Below, piece after piece: positions 25,133 through 37,830 of a stretch of 64,000 nt of DNA. Numbering within the stretch: position 1 is the stretch's first letter; each line of letters opens with the position of its first letter. The notes below the pieces were generated by a model. That model searched no databases. It saw only the letters and a list, made by a program, of their open reading frames with translations, and was not told the origin of the DNA. Source of the DNA: Lama guanicoe (Eukaryota); NCBI GenBank assembly GCA_013239625.1, contig MU053588.1, positions 1,870,508-1,934,507 of the forward strand. Direction: 5' to 3'. Position numbers and translations under genes: made by a program.

Positions 25133-25570
25133 GGCTTAAAAACCGTAAATTTATTTTCTTATATTGCTGGAAGTCAGAAGTCCAAAATCAGTCTGACTGG
25201 GCTAAAGTCGGACTATTAGCAGGTTTGGTACTTCTTAGAGGCTCTGAGGGAGCATCCGTTTCCTTTCTGTTGGCCAACTTCTAGATCCCTTGGCTCAGGG
25301 CCCCTTCAAAGCCAGCAGCAGAGCATCTTCTAATCTCTCCTTCTCTCCCTCTGCTTCCCCATCACTTTGCCTTCTCTGCCTTTGACCCTTTTGCCTCGCT
25401 CTCATCAGGACCCTTGTGAAAACACTGGGCCCACTTGGATCGTCCAGAATAACCTCCCCATCTTACATCTGTCATATAGGCCTCTTTGTCATATAAGGCA
25501 ACATATTCACAGGTTCCGGGGACCAGGACGTGGACGTCTTTGGCGGGAGGCATTAGGCAGACTACTATGG
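25133..25570 (-). mobile_element. MLT1-type LTR truncated at its polyA site
   Basis: MLT1 motifs; AATAAA (25150-25155, -) followed by aagcca and an A-rich tail. Confidence 0.75.
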
Positions 25571-25619
25571 TGCTCAAAATGTCTAAGGAATTTTGCCCTC
25601 TGTTCCCCAGCAAAGCCAC

Positions 25620-26978
25620 GCCTTTCTCAGAATGTGCTGGCTGTCACCCCCTGATTGGGGGTGTGACTGGTGTTGAGGTGTCCAGGGCCTGTGCTGGATG
25701 TTGGGTGGGGTCTCCTCTTTGCTCTGTGGCTGTCACTGCCCTGTCAGGGCCATGTCTACTCCCCAGTTGCTGGAGTAGAAGCCCTGAGGGTTGGGTTCCC
25801 CCAGGCTCCGTTGCCCTCAAGTGCGTGCCCTGCCCCCAAGGAGGTGACTGTGTGGTCACAGGGAACCTATGCACCACCTGTGCAGGTGTCTCCAGTTCTG
25901 CTCAGAAGCAGCCCAAGTTCATGTACCTTTCTCTGTCGTGTTCACCCCAGACCTAGCACTAGGCTCCTGTACGGAGCGGGCCGAAGCTCGGGGTGACACT
26001 GTGGCTGCAGGAATCGAGGGGACTGTGCTGCCACTGGGACCTAGGCTGTGTCTGTGGCAGACTTCTCCCAGGACCTGACTGCCCCAGATCAGGCTCCACA
26101 CTGTGGTGTGGAGTGTGCAGAGCCGGAGAGCTCCTGCCAGGAAACCAACCACCGTGTACTCCTGCCCGGAGCCTGTCCGCCTGAGACTCAGCACGCAGCC
26201 GATGTGTGTTTCTGTGGCACCACCTGGTGTGCGTGCTGACAATGACCACCCTGGCCAGACACTGCCCCACGCTGCCCGGGCTGACGGTGGGTTCCCCACC
26301 ACCACATCCCCTGCCCTCCAGGCTGTCTCCACGCAGCTAGATCTAGTCCTCTCCCAGGGCCTGTCTGCCTGAGATTCAGCTCTTAGACACTGCGCCTATT
26401 TGTGGCACCATTTTCCCATGTCCACCAGGTTCCATCTGCCATCCCTGTGTGTGTGCTGACAAATGGTTTCCACGGTTCAGCCCTCATCACACCCCAGTAC
26501 CCCAGTCTGTCTCTGCACAGCTAGACTGAATCTCTGCCCTGATCTGCTGCTAGGCGGTGGTGTGGAGTGGGCAGGTCAGGGCGTTGGCCCCGTCTGACTG
26601 GGCAGTACAGCGAGGTGCAGGTCTCTCTGCCCTGAGTGTTAGCAAGCCAGCACACACCCGTGTAGAATCTAGGCTTCTTCATCCCCTCTGTCTGTCCCAG
26701 CAGGTAAAGGGGCTCCCCAGGGTGGGGGTCTGCCCTTGTGGACCTTCTCTCCCTTACAGATCCCTCCCAGGGGCACCAGTCCTGTCCTGATGCCCCCTTT
26801 CCCCCGTCCTGCCTGGTTACGTGGAGATCTTTCTTGCAGCTTTGGTTATATAGATATTCTGCCAGTTTCCAGTTGGGTTTCTGTGAGAATTGTTCCACAT
26901 GTAGATGTAGTTTTGATGTGTTTGTTGGGGGGAGGTGATTTCCTCAACATGCTACTCCACCATCTTGACCCCTCTCCC
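25620..26978 (-). mobile_element. L1 5'UTR/promoter including the extreme 5' end
   Basis: GC-rich; the - strand begins gggagaggggtcaagatggtggagtag (YY1-type caagatgg L1 start). Confidence 0.7.
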
Positions 26979-27525
26979 ACCACACCTTCTTTATCCAGTC
27001 ATCTGTTGATGGACACTTGGGTTGTTTCCGTGTCTTGGCTCCTGTACATAATGCTCACTGTGAAAATTGGGAGTATATATATCTTTTCGAGTTAATTTTT
27101 TTGTTTTCTTCAGATACATATCCGGGAGTGGAATTTCTGGATCATACGTTAGTCCTATTTTTAGTTGGTTTTTTTTTTCATGGTACTGTATTTATTTATT
27201 TATTTATTTATTTATTTTTTTAACATTTTTTATTGATTTATAATCATTTTACAATGTTGTGTCAAATTCCAGTGTTCAGCACAATTTTTCAATCATTCAT
27301 GGACATATATACGCTCATTGTCACATTTTTTTCTCTGAATTATCATAACATTTTGTGTATATTTCCCTGTGCTATACAGTGTAATCTTGTTTATCTATTC
27401 TACAATTTTGAAATCCCAGTCTATCCCTTCCCACCCTCTACCCCCCTGGTAACCACAAGTCTGTATTCTCTGTCCATGAGTCTATTTCTGTCCTGTATTT
27501 ATGCTTTGTTTTTGTTTGTTTGTTT

Positions 27526-28230
27526 NNNNNNNNNNNNNNNNNNNNNNNNNNNNNNNNNNNNNNNNNNNNNNNNNNNNNNNNNNNNNNNNNNNNNNNNNNN
27601 NNNNNNNNNNNNNNNNNNNNNNNNNNNNNNNNNNNNNNNNNNNNNNNNNNNNNNNNNNNNNNNNNNNNNNNNNNNNNNNNNNNNNNNNNNNNNNNNNNNN
27701 NNNNNNNNNNNNNNNNNNNNNNNNNNNNNNNNNNNNNNNNNNNNNNNNNNNNNNNNNNNNNNNNNNNNNNNNNNNNNNNNNNNNNNNNNNNNNNNNNNNN
27801 NNNNNNNNNNNNNNNNNNNNNNNNNNNNNNNNNNNNNNNNNNNNNNNNNNNNNNNNNNNNNNNNNNNNNNNNNNNNNNNNNNNNNNNNNNNNNNNNNNNN
27901 NNNNNNNNNNNNNNNNNNNNNNNNNNNNNNNNNNNNNNNNNNNNNNNNNNNNNNNNNNNNNNNNNNNNNNNNNNNNNNNNNNNNNNNNNNNNNNNNNNNN
28001 NNNNNNNNNNNNNNNNNNNNNNNNNNNNNNNNNNNNNNNNNNNNNNNNNNNNNNNNNNNNNNNNNNNNNNNNNNNNNNNNNNNNNNNNNNNNNNNNNNNN
28101 NNNNNNNNNNNNNNNNNNNNNNNNNNNNNNNNNNNNNNNNNNNNNNNNNNNNNNNNNNNNNNNNNNNNNNNNNNNNNNNNNNNNNNNNNNNNNNNNNNNN
28201 NNNNNNNNNNNNNNNNNNNNNNNNNNNNNN
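27526..28230. other. Assembly gap (705 N) within a young L1
   Basis: Run of N; the ORFs spanning it are artefacts. Confidence 0.99.
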
Positions 28231-28919
28231 GCTTATATCAACTTCAAAACTTTTAGGTTATTCGTACATTTGCAAAAATTTTCTCCCATTCGTAGGTTGT
28301 CTTGTTTTACTTCTGGTTTCCTTTGCTGTGCAGAAGCTTGTAAGTTTCATTAGGTCCACTGAAATTTTTATTTTTCTTAAGCCTTGAGAAAAATATTTTA
28401 CATGTCACTAGTCTTTCCTAATAATACACATTGGTCATCTACTGCAAAAGCCACCTTCGAGTAACAGTTGATTTGGCTACTCTCTAGTTTTTTGGGTTTT
28501 TTTAAACATTTTTTTTATTGAGTTATAGTCATTTTACAATTTCGTGTCAAATTCCAGTGTAGAGCACAATTTTTCAGTTATACATGAACATACATATATT
28601 CATTGTCACTTTTTATTTTTGCTGTGAGCTACCACAAGATCTTGCATATATTTCCCTGTGCTATACCATATAATCTTATTTATCTATTCTACATATGCCT
28701 GTCAGTATCTACAAATTTTGAACTCCCAGTCTATCCCTTCCCACTCCCCTTATTTTTAGTTTTTTTGAGGAGCCTCCATACTGTTTTCCACAGTGGCTGC
28801 ATCAGTACCCATCAACAGTGTACAGGATCCTCTTCACCACACCCTCCCCCAAATTTATTATTTGTGGTCTTTTTTATGGTAGCCATACTGACCAGTGTGC
28901 AGTGACATCACATTGTTTC

Positions 28920-31900
28920 ATTTTTTAAACAGCTTCATTGAGATAGAATTCACAGGCCATAAAATTCACCCATTTAAGGTGTGCAATTCAATAGTTTTTA
29001 GTGCATTCATAAATCTGTGAAACAATCATGGGAGTCAGTTTTAGTACATGTTCACCACCTCAGAAAGAAACCCCATCCCCTTAGCTATCCCAGCCCTAAT
29101 CAACCACTAATTCACTTTCTCAGTATGGACATTTGGCTATTATGTACATTTTGTATAAATGGAATCACATGGTATGTGGTCTTTTGTATCTGGCTTTTTT
29201 CTTAACTTAGCATAATGTTTTCAAGGTTCATTCATGTTGCAGCCTGTGTCAGCCCTTCCTTCCATTAACAATATTCCATTGTCTGGCTTTACCACATTTG
29301 GTTCATCCATGCATCAGTTAGTGGACATTTGGGTTGTTTCCAGCTTTTGCTACTGTGAATAATGGTGCTATAAACATCTGGGATTTGTGTAGACACAGTT
29401 TTCTTTTCTCTTGGGTATATTCCTAGCAGTGGAACCATTGGGTCATAAGAGAACTCTATATTTCATCATTTGAGAAACCTTCAGACTATTTTCCAAAGTG
29501 GCTGCACCATTTTACATCCCCACCAGCAGTAATATGAAGGTTCTGACTTTTCCACATCCTCGCTAACACTTATCTGACTTTTAAATTATAGTTACCCTAG
29601 TGGGTGTGAGGTGGTAGTTCATCGTGGTTTTGACCTGCATTTCCCTGATGACTAGTGATGTTGAGCGTCTTTTCGTGCGCCTTTTGGTCTCCGTATATCT
29701 TCCTTGAAAAGATGTCTGTTCAGATCCTTTGCCCATGTTTAACTGTGTTTGTCTTTGTTAATTATTGAGTTTCTTAAATTCTGTATATATTTGAGACACA
29801 AGCCCCTTTTTAGATCTGTAATTTGCGAGTATTTCCCTCTGTTGTGTGGGTTGTCTTTTTACTTTCTTGATAGTGTCTGTTGAAGCACAAGTTTTTAATT
29901 TTGATGATGTCCAACTTATTTTTCCTTTGTTGCTTGTGTTTTGCTGTCATATCTAAGAGTTTCATTATTTTTGCTCTTACATGTAGGTCTTTGATCCATT
30001 TTGAGTTAAGTTTTGAATATGGTTTGAGATAAGGGCCCAACTTTATTCTTTTGCGTGTGACTGCACAGGGGTCCTGGCTCCACTTGTTGATGAGATGATT
30101 CTTTCCCGGTTGAGTGATCTCGGCAACCTCTCAGAGAATCAGTCAGCCATAGACACAGCCCTGTCCCCGAGTGTGTGCGCACACTACACTGTGAACCCAC
30201 AGTATCTCCAAAGTCTGCCTGTACAAGATCATGTCATCTGCAAACAGTTTACCTCTTCCTTTTAATCTTGATGCCTTCCCCCCCCTTATCTAATTGCTCC
30301 AATGAGAACTTCCAGTACCATGTTGAATAGAAGCAGTGGAAGCAGACACCCTTGTCTTGGTCTTGATCTTAGGGGGAAAGCATTGTCTTTCCCCATGAAG
30401 TATGATGTTAGCTGTAAGTGTTTCATAGATGCCTTTATCAGGTTGAGGAAGTCCCCTTCTATTCCTAACTTGCTGAGAGTTTTTATCATGAGTGAGGTTT
30501 TGCCAAATATTTTCTTTTAATCTACTGAGATAAGCATGTGGTTTTTTGTTTTCTATTCTATTGATGTCGTGTATTACATTAATTGATTTGTGGATACGAA
30601 ACCAACCTTGCCTTCCTGGAATAAATCTTACTTGTTCTTTTTGTGTGTGTGTGAGCCCAAATGCAAATTTTATTCAGAATAATTAGGGTTTGCCTATAAG
30701 GTGATGGATGTAACACACAGTAGCCAGTAGCAGAGAGTTCATGATCGACTTCCTACAAATGCTGGAATGGAAAGCAGTGTGAGTCTTGGTTGGTTCCAAT
30801 TTTATGTCAGAAAATTTCTAATCAGCTATAGGCCAGACACTAAGATGCAATTCCTGGCTCTGCTGGGAAAACTTCTAACCCTCAGTCCTGGGTCTCTGGA
30901 TTGCACCTTTGCTCGAGGCCTAAATACTGCCCCTAAAGCAGCGAAGTATTGGACATCGTCAGCTTCTCCTCATGCAGAGAAGTAAGTGGGAGCCCACGTG
31001 GAACCTTCCCCTCCAACCAGAGCTAGAAGGCAAAGGACAGTTTCACTTTTTTTTTTTCTTCAATTTAAGTATAGTCAGTTACAGTGTGTCAGTCTCTGGG
31101 TACAGCATCATGTTTCAGTCATACATATATTCATTTTCATATTCTTTTTCATTAAAGCTTATTACAAGATATTGAATATAGTTCCCTGTCCTGTACAGAA
31201 GAAATTTGTTTTTTTTAATCTATTTTTATATATAGCAGTTAAAATTTGCAAATCTAGAGCTCCCAAATTCATCCCTTCCCACGCCCTTCCCCCTTCAACG
31301 GTAACCATAAGATTGTTTACTATGTCTGTATGTCTGTGAGTCTGTTTCTGTTTTGTAGATGAGTTCACTAGTGTTCACTTGTTCTTAATGTATAGTACTT
31401 TTTATATGTTGCTGGATTTGGTTTGCTAATATGTGAAGCTTTTTGCATCTGCATCAGTATTCATAAGAGCTCCTGGCCTGTAGTTTTCTTTTATTGTGAT
31501 GTCTTTGTCTAACTGGGGTAACAGGGTAATATTGGCCTCATAGAATGAGTTGGGAAGCATTCCCTCCTATTTATTGGAAACTTTGTGAAGAAATGATATT
31601 TAATTCTTCTTTAAATGTTTGGTAGAATTTAGTGATAAAGCCATCTGAGTCTAGGCTTTTCTTTCTGGTTAGGTTTTAGATTATAAATTAAACATTTTTA
31701 CTTGCTTTGGGTCTGTTCAGATGTCCTATCTCTTCTTGACTTGGTTTCAGTAGTTAGTGTCTTTCTAGGAATTTGTTTTTCATATAAATTATCTAATAAT
31801 ATTGACATACAGTTCATAATATTCCTTTTTATTTCTGTATGGTTGGTAGTAATGTCCCCTCTTTCAGTTCTGATTCTAATCATTTCAGTCTACTTGCTTT

Positions 31901-34110
31901 TTTTTTCTTTTTGGTATATCTAGCTAATATTATTGCAATATCTTGATCTTTAAATGAGCCAACTGTTGGTTTTTCTGATTTTTCACGATTATTTTTCTGT
32001 TTTCTATTTCACCTGTTTCTGTCCTAATCTTTATTATTTTCTTCCTTCTGTCTGCTGCAAGTGTAGTTTGCTCTCCTTTTTCAGTGTCTTGAGGTAGAAG
32101 TTTAAGTTATTTATTTGCAATCATTCTTTTTTAATATAGGTAGTTACAAGTTTAAATTTTCCTCAAAGTACTGCTTTTGCAGCATCCTATAACTTTTGGT
32201 ATATAATGTCTTCATTTTCATTTATGTCAAAGTATTTTCTAATTTTCCTTTAATTTCCATTTTTGGTTATTGAAGAGACTATTGTTTAATTTCTACTTGT
32301 GAGTTTCCCAAATTTCTTTCTGTTACTGGTATCTAATTTCATTCCACTGTCATCAGAGAATTATCCCTGTCCCTTTAAATGTGTCAAGGTTTGTTCTGTG
32401 GCCTAGCATACAGTTTATCCTGGAGAGTGTTCCATGTGCATCTGAGAAGAATGTATATGCTGCTTTTCTATAGTTGCCTGTTAGGTCTAGTTGGTTTGTA
32501 GTCTTGCTCCAATCTTCTATTTCCTTGTTGATCTTTTGCCTAGTTGCTCTGGTTATTATAGAAAGTGGAGTATTGACGTCTCTAAATATTGTTGAATTGT
32601 GTTTTTCTCCCTTCCTTTCTGAGTATTTGGTTCATGTATTTTGGAACTCTATTGTTACGTACATATGCATTTATAATTGTTGTATCTTCCTGATTGACTT
32701 TTGATTATCATTATAAAATGTCCCTCTTTCCTTTTAGTAAAATGTTAAATTTAAAGTCAGTTTCATCTGATTTTAGTGAGCTACTCAGCTTTTTGTTGGT
32801 TGCCTACATGATACATCTTTTTCATTCTATCATTTTTGATCTGTTTGTATCTTTGAACCTAAAGTTTGTTTCCTGTAAACTGCATATCATTGGATCTTGA
32901 TTTTTTTTCCACAATCTCTGCCTTTTGATTGGATTGTCTAATCTGTTCCCTTTTAATGTTATTGTTGATACAGTTAGATTTACATGTGCCATTTCACTTT
33001 TTATTTTCTATGTGTCTCATGACTTTTTTTGCTCCTGTATCTTCCTTTACTGGTTTCTTTTACGTTAAGTGAATAATTTCTACTGTAGCATTTAAATTTC
33101 TTTGCTGATTTTTTTCTCATTAATTTTTGAGTCATTTCCTTAGTGGTTGCCTAGGGCTTACCACATACATCTTAACTAGTCAGGGCGAGCTTCAGATTTA
33201 TACTAACTTAATTCCAGTGGAATGTAGAAACATTGCTCTTACAGAGTCCTATTACTTTTCCCCCCTTTATGTGGCATTATTGGTATACATATTACACCCA
33301 TAAATGTTACCAAGAATTCATTGTTTTTTATTATTACTTTATATAATGTTATGTCTTTGAAAGAAACTGAGAGAAGAAAGGAGAGCAAGCATATACTTAC
33401 AGATATTGTTATATTAACCTTCTCACTTACCATTTCTGGTTCTCTTCATTTGTTCTTGTTCATCTGGAGTCCTCACCTTAGCCCAGTACAACTTTGCTCC
33501 AGTGTATTTCCTCTGTGCGGTTATTGGCAATTATATTACCAGTTTGTTATAGACCCAACAGTGCTAATGTGTGTGTATGTGTGTTTGCATATATGTGTGT
33601 GTGCACCATAAGTTCTTAGAATAATGTTTCTTCTTTCTCTTGTCTCCTTTTGACATTCCGTTAACTGTACACTGTTTTGCTTAATGGTGTCCCATATTTC
33701 TCTGGGGCTCTGTTCATTTTTTCCTTCATTCCTTTTTCTCTTTGTTCTTTAGATTACGTAATATCTACCATCAAATTTGTTAATTATTTCTTCTGTCAGT
33801 TATATCTGTTGTTGAGTGCCTCTAGTAAATTTTTCATTTCAGTTATTCTACTTCTCAGCTCCGCATTTCCATTTGTTCCTATTTTATAATGTCTAACTCT
33901 TTGTTGATATTTTTAATTTGATCAGTTTTTACCATCATACCTTCCTTTTACTTGTTAAGTCATGATTCCTTTTATTCATTAGAACATATTTATATAATGG
34001 CTATTTTGAAGGCTTTGTCTGTTAACATCCAACATCTGGTCATTCTTAAAGGCAGCTTCTGCTACCTGCTTTTTTTCTTTTGGGGGGAGGGGTCACACTT
34101 TCCTGTCTTA
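28920..34110 (-). mobile_element. Old L1 (3'UTR through ORF2 fragments), interrupted by the 30640-31376 insert
   Basis: ORF2 remnants: MIKTLSKLGIEGDFLNLIK, RQGCLLPLLLFNMVLEVL, IRTERGDITT. Confidence 0.85.
30640..31376 (-). mobile_element. L1 3' end plus ~394-bp non-L1 tail (3' transduction-like), TSD ACTTGTTCTT
   Basis: TSD at 30630-30639 and 31377-31386; two A tails. Confidence 0.8.
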
Positions 34111-34164
34111 CAGAACCCAAACCATTCCTCCTTTCCAACCATCACTGTCCAGCAGAAAATTCTG

Positions 34165-34345
34165 CAATGATAGACATTCTGTATCTGCACTGTCCAGTGC
34201 AATAGGTACTGGCCAGATATGGCTACTGAGCACTTAAAATGTGGCTAGTGTAACTGAGGAACTCAATTTTAAATTTCATTTTTTATTAAATGTAAATATC
34301 CATATGTGACTAATGGCTACCTTCTTGGATAATGCAATTTCAGAC
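34165..34345. mobile_element. MER3/MER33-like DNA transposon remnant (second copy ~40065-40400)
   Basis: ctgtcca...ggctactgagcacttaaaatgtggctagtg..actgaggaact motif. Confidence 0.7.
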
Positions 34346-35467
34346 CATGCTCAGAGTACCCAGTTCTCTAGAATCCCCTCCCCAAGTGTTCCTGTACCTG
34401 CTTCCAGCACCTGTGTAGGGGGTCTTCCCAGTCCGTCTTGCACCCTACACCCTGGGCAGGTCATGTTGGTGTGCACACCTCTAGACCCAGAGGGTAGGCG
34501 AGAGGTGGTCTGGGGAGATGGGTCAAGCTCCACTGTGCAGATTAGGGTGTCCACACATATGCATGGGTGACCCCTCATGCAGGCAGGCATGGGAAGAGAA
34601 GGGTGTGAACTAGAGACAGGGAGCCTCCACTTGTACTGTTGGTCCAGGACCCACAAATTTTAGGGATGGTTTTGACTGTCGGTGTCCCCTTTCTTACCTA
34701 CGTGGTGGCTACATGTGTGTTTAGTATATAATTTTTTTCAACTGTATATGCATATACATGTCTAAATGTGCGTGTGTGTATACATACAGATATACCATAT
34801 GTCACAATTTAAAAAAAATGATTAAAATAATTTTTTACCACTATTAGGACAGAGTTCAAGCTCTTCTCATGACACATAAAGCTTTGTACACTCTGTGTGC
34901 TGCCTACGTGTCTGGCCTCATCTCCTGCTGTCCTGCCCCTCACTCTCTGCTCCAGCCATACTGACCATCTTGTTCTAGCTAACAGGCCAAGTTACAGAGG
35001 AGCTTGTTGGGGGGGAGCTGGATCAGCTCTGCATTTAAAGCCGTTTATATTAGCAAAGCAAAGAAATACCTGGGATGGGGGTGGAGTATGAGGGGATGGG
35101 TTTGGAGGGCCAGCCAGTGACAGGAACGACGTGGCAGCTGCCGCCTCCCCGAGGTTAGGAGGAAAGGTGTCTGCTTATATAAGAAAGCTGGAGACAGTTC
35201 TGAAGGCTGCCGAAAAAGGAACAGTTGTGGTTGAAGGAACCATCAATCAGGTTCCCTGAACAGGTGGAGGCTGGGGCTACTCTCAGCAGAAAGCTGGGCT
35301 CAGAGCTCCAGTTACCAGCACAGAGTCCAACAGTCATAACTGATGCCATAGGGGAGGGAGAGGAGGAGAGAGAAGCCTGAGTCAGCGGAAAGGGCAATTC
35401 CAGAGCACCTGAGGTGACTGCAGAACCACCAGAAAGGGAGTTGGGGACCAGTGACGATAACATCTAA

Positions 35468-35650
35468 TGCAGTGGTTCTCAAAGTAGGGTTCCCTGGACC
35501 AGCAGCACCAGTCTGACCCGGGCACTAGTTAAAACGCAAAATTTCAGGCTCCCTTGAGTGAGAATCAGGAATTCGGAGGGAAGGGGAGGGCCCAGCAGTC
35601 AGTGGTTTAACAAGCCCTCCAAGGTGATTCTACTGCCCAACAGAGTCTGA
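35468..35650. mobile_element. MER5A-like DNA transposon (other copies ~20-125, ~35950-36040, ~40400-40545)
   Basis: cagtggttctcaaagt...ggaccagcagca...tttaacaagccctcc..gtgattct. Confidence 0.75.
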
Positions 35651-36789
35651 CTGTAGTGAGCGTTGTCTGTGCCGGGCGCTGTTTTGAATGATTTGCCTCT
35701 GGCCGAGTCACTGGTCCACCTAACACTGCTGCAACACAGAAGTGCACCATTTTACAGAGGGGAAACGTGAAGCAGGATGGTTTCTGTAACTCCCTGAAAA
35801 TTAGAGCCAGATGGAGGTGGAGAGATGATTCTAACCTCAAGCATACGCTCTGTCTTCACCGCTGTGCTCGCCCGCGGTGAGGCTGTGACTGGGCACACAG
35901 CGCCCGGCGGGCTTCTTCAGACACTCTTGCTGGAGCCCATTCTGGGTCTGTGGTTCACTAAGGTTGAACCTAAGCGCCTGCATTTTTCTCAAGGTCCCAG
36001 GTGATGCTGATGGCCGTGGTCCAGAGTCCACACTGGGAACGTCTGTACTGTTCTACTGACTTTTCCACATGAGGACTGAGTCCAGCAAATGGGCTTTTGG
36101 AAAAACTCCATGTGCATAGCCCCCTGCTGGGACTCTTGACTACAAATGACAGAAAACCCAAATTCAAACTGGCTTAAAGCAAAAAAGATATATTTATAGA
36201 CTCATCTAACTGAAACAGGTAAGATTTGCCTTCAGGTACAGGTGGACCCAGGGCCAAGGAGTTAGGATTCTCTCTCCCCACCTCTCGGCTCTGCCTTCCT
36301 TCCTGTGTTGTCTTCACTCTCAGGCAGGTGCTCCTCTCACAACGGCCTAATACGGTCAGATGGGAGCTGGAGCTGGGGTCACTCTGAAGGTGTCTCCATT
36401 CCTAGGTCTGGCGGTGGATGCTGGCTACCGGCCAGAAGGCTTGCACGTGAACTGTTCACGTGGCCTGGGCTTCCTCACAGTTCCAGAGGCGGACATTCAG
36501 AGGGAGAAGGAACCAAGCTGTATCTTTTATGACCTAGCCTCAGGTGCCACATAGTGTCAATTCCACCATACCCTTGGCCACCTTGGTCATAAATGCCTGC
36601 CCAGGGTCAAGAGGATTTGGCCACTGGCTCCACCTGTTGGTGTGGGAGTGGCAGGGTGTAAGGAGAGTCTGTGGAACCAGGGGACAGTGTTAGTCATTTT
36701 TGGAAAATATGTCACGGGGAGGTCATGACTGGGAGAGGGCTTGAGGGGGCTCTTAATATGCTCTATTTCTTGATCATTTGCATATACAT

Positions 36790-36878
36790 ATTTTTATTTA
36801 ATGGAGGTACTGGGGATTGAACCCAGGACCTCGTGCATGCTAAGCATGTGCTCTACCACTGAGCTGTACCCTCGCCCC
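36790..36878 (-). mobile_element. tRNA-Ala-derived SINE (Vic-1-like)
   Basis: Near-perfect SINE consensus. Confidence 0.85.
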
Positions 36879-37539
36879 AGTTGCATAATTTTTTAACTAT
36901 ACCACCATGTCATTTGTGGGGTCTCTGCACATGCAGTTCCAGACTTTCCCTTACCCTTCATATCTTAGCTCTTCCGTCCTCTCCTCCGGAACGCCAGGAG
37001 TGACATCCCGCACCTCCTCCTTGACCTTAGTCCTCTTGGCACCACAGGGCCTAGTGATTCCTTGATAATAGTACATCTCACCTTACCTTAAATTGTTCTG
37101 TTTAGGTGTTTTACCCCTCCCCCAACCCTAGGCCAGACGACTTCAAACCTTTTTGACTACATACCCCACAGAAGTTTATGGGCACGTCTCCAGGATATGT
37201 ATATGCATGTGGATGTGCTGTGTAACTTGAGTTGCTCTGTATTAATATATACAATATAAAACATGCACTAAAAGCAAAATGCTTTGAGATAAAACTTTAT
37301 AAATACTTTAATATTTTCCTACATCTAAAAACATTGGGTCTTGAAAAACCCTAGAGAACCAGAACCCTCTTGGTCACTAGGCCTGTGACCCTGAGTTCTA
37401 TGGGGTCACGTGCCAATCTGTCTTGCTCACTTCAATATCCTAGCCACTGGGTAGGAACTGGATGTGGAAATGAATTCACCTGCACTAAAGATCTGTGCAC
37501 TTTACGGTATGTGTTATACTCCAGTAAAAAAGTTTACTT

Positions 37540-37830
37540 AACAACAAAAAGGTAAAATCTTGACAGCCAGCCAGTAGGGCCCTCACATGACTGCAGACCC
37601 TGCTGAGTCCAACGGCAGTGGTGTGAGTGTCACCTGAACTTTTGTTTTCTTCCAGTTCCTTGCTGATAACTTCCTTTCCTTGTCCCACCCTCCGTACTAT
37701 AAAAGTCTTCCACGTTGTGGAACTTCTAGGAGTATCTCTCCGTTTGCCAGATAGGATACAGCTCAATTCATGGATTTTTAAATAAAGCCAGTTAGATCTT
37801 CAAATTTATTCAGTTAAATTTTTTTTAACA
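37540..37830 (+). mobile_element. Solo LTR fragment, same family as the LEUTX intron-1 LTRs
   Basis: TATAAAA and aataaagccagttagatcttcaaattt, the reverse complement of the block in 4446-4835. Confidence 0.7.

Larger units (their letters stand above)
24655..28915 (-). mobile_element. L1 3' portion interrupted by composite inserts (25118-26978, 27167-28749)
   Basis: Host L1 3'UTR/ORF2 resumes colinearly after each insert. Confidence 0.75.

Noticed and set aside
25486..26900. Cluster of overlapping GC-rich ORFs
   Set aside because: Within an L1 5'UTR; stop-poor composition and no recognisable domains.
27233..28387. Long ORFs (251-384 aa)
   Set aside because: Artefacts of translating through the N gap in an L1.
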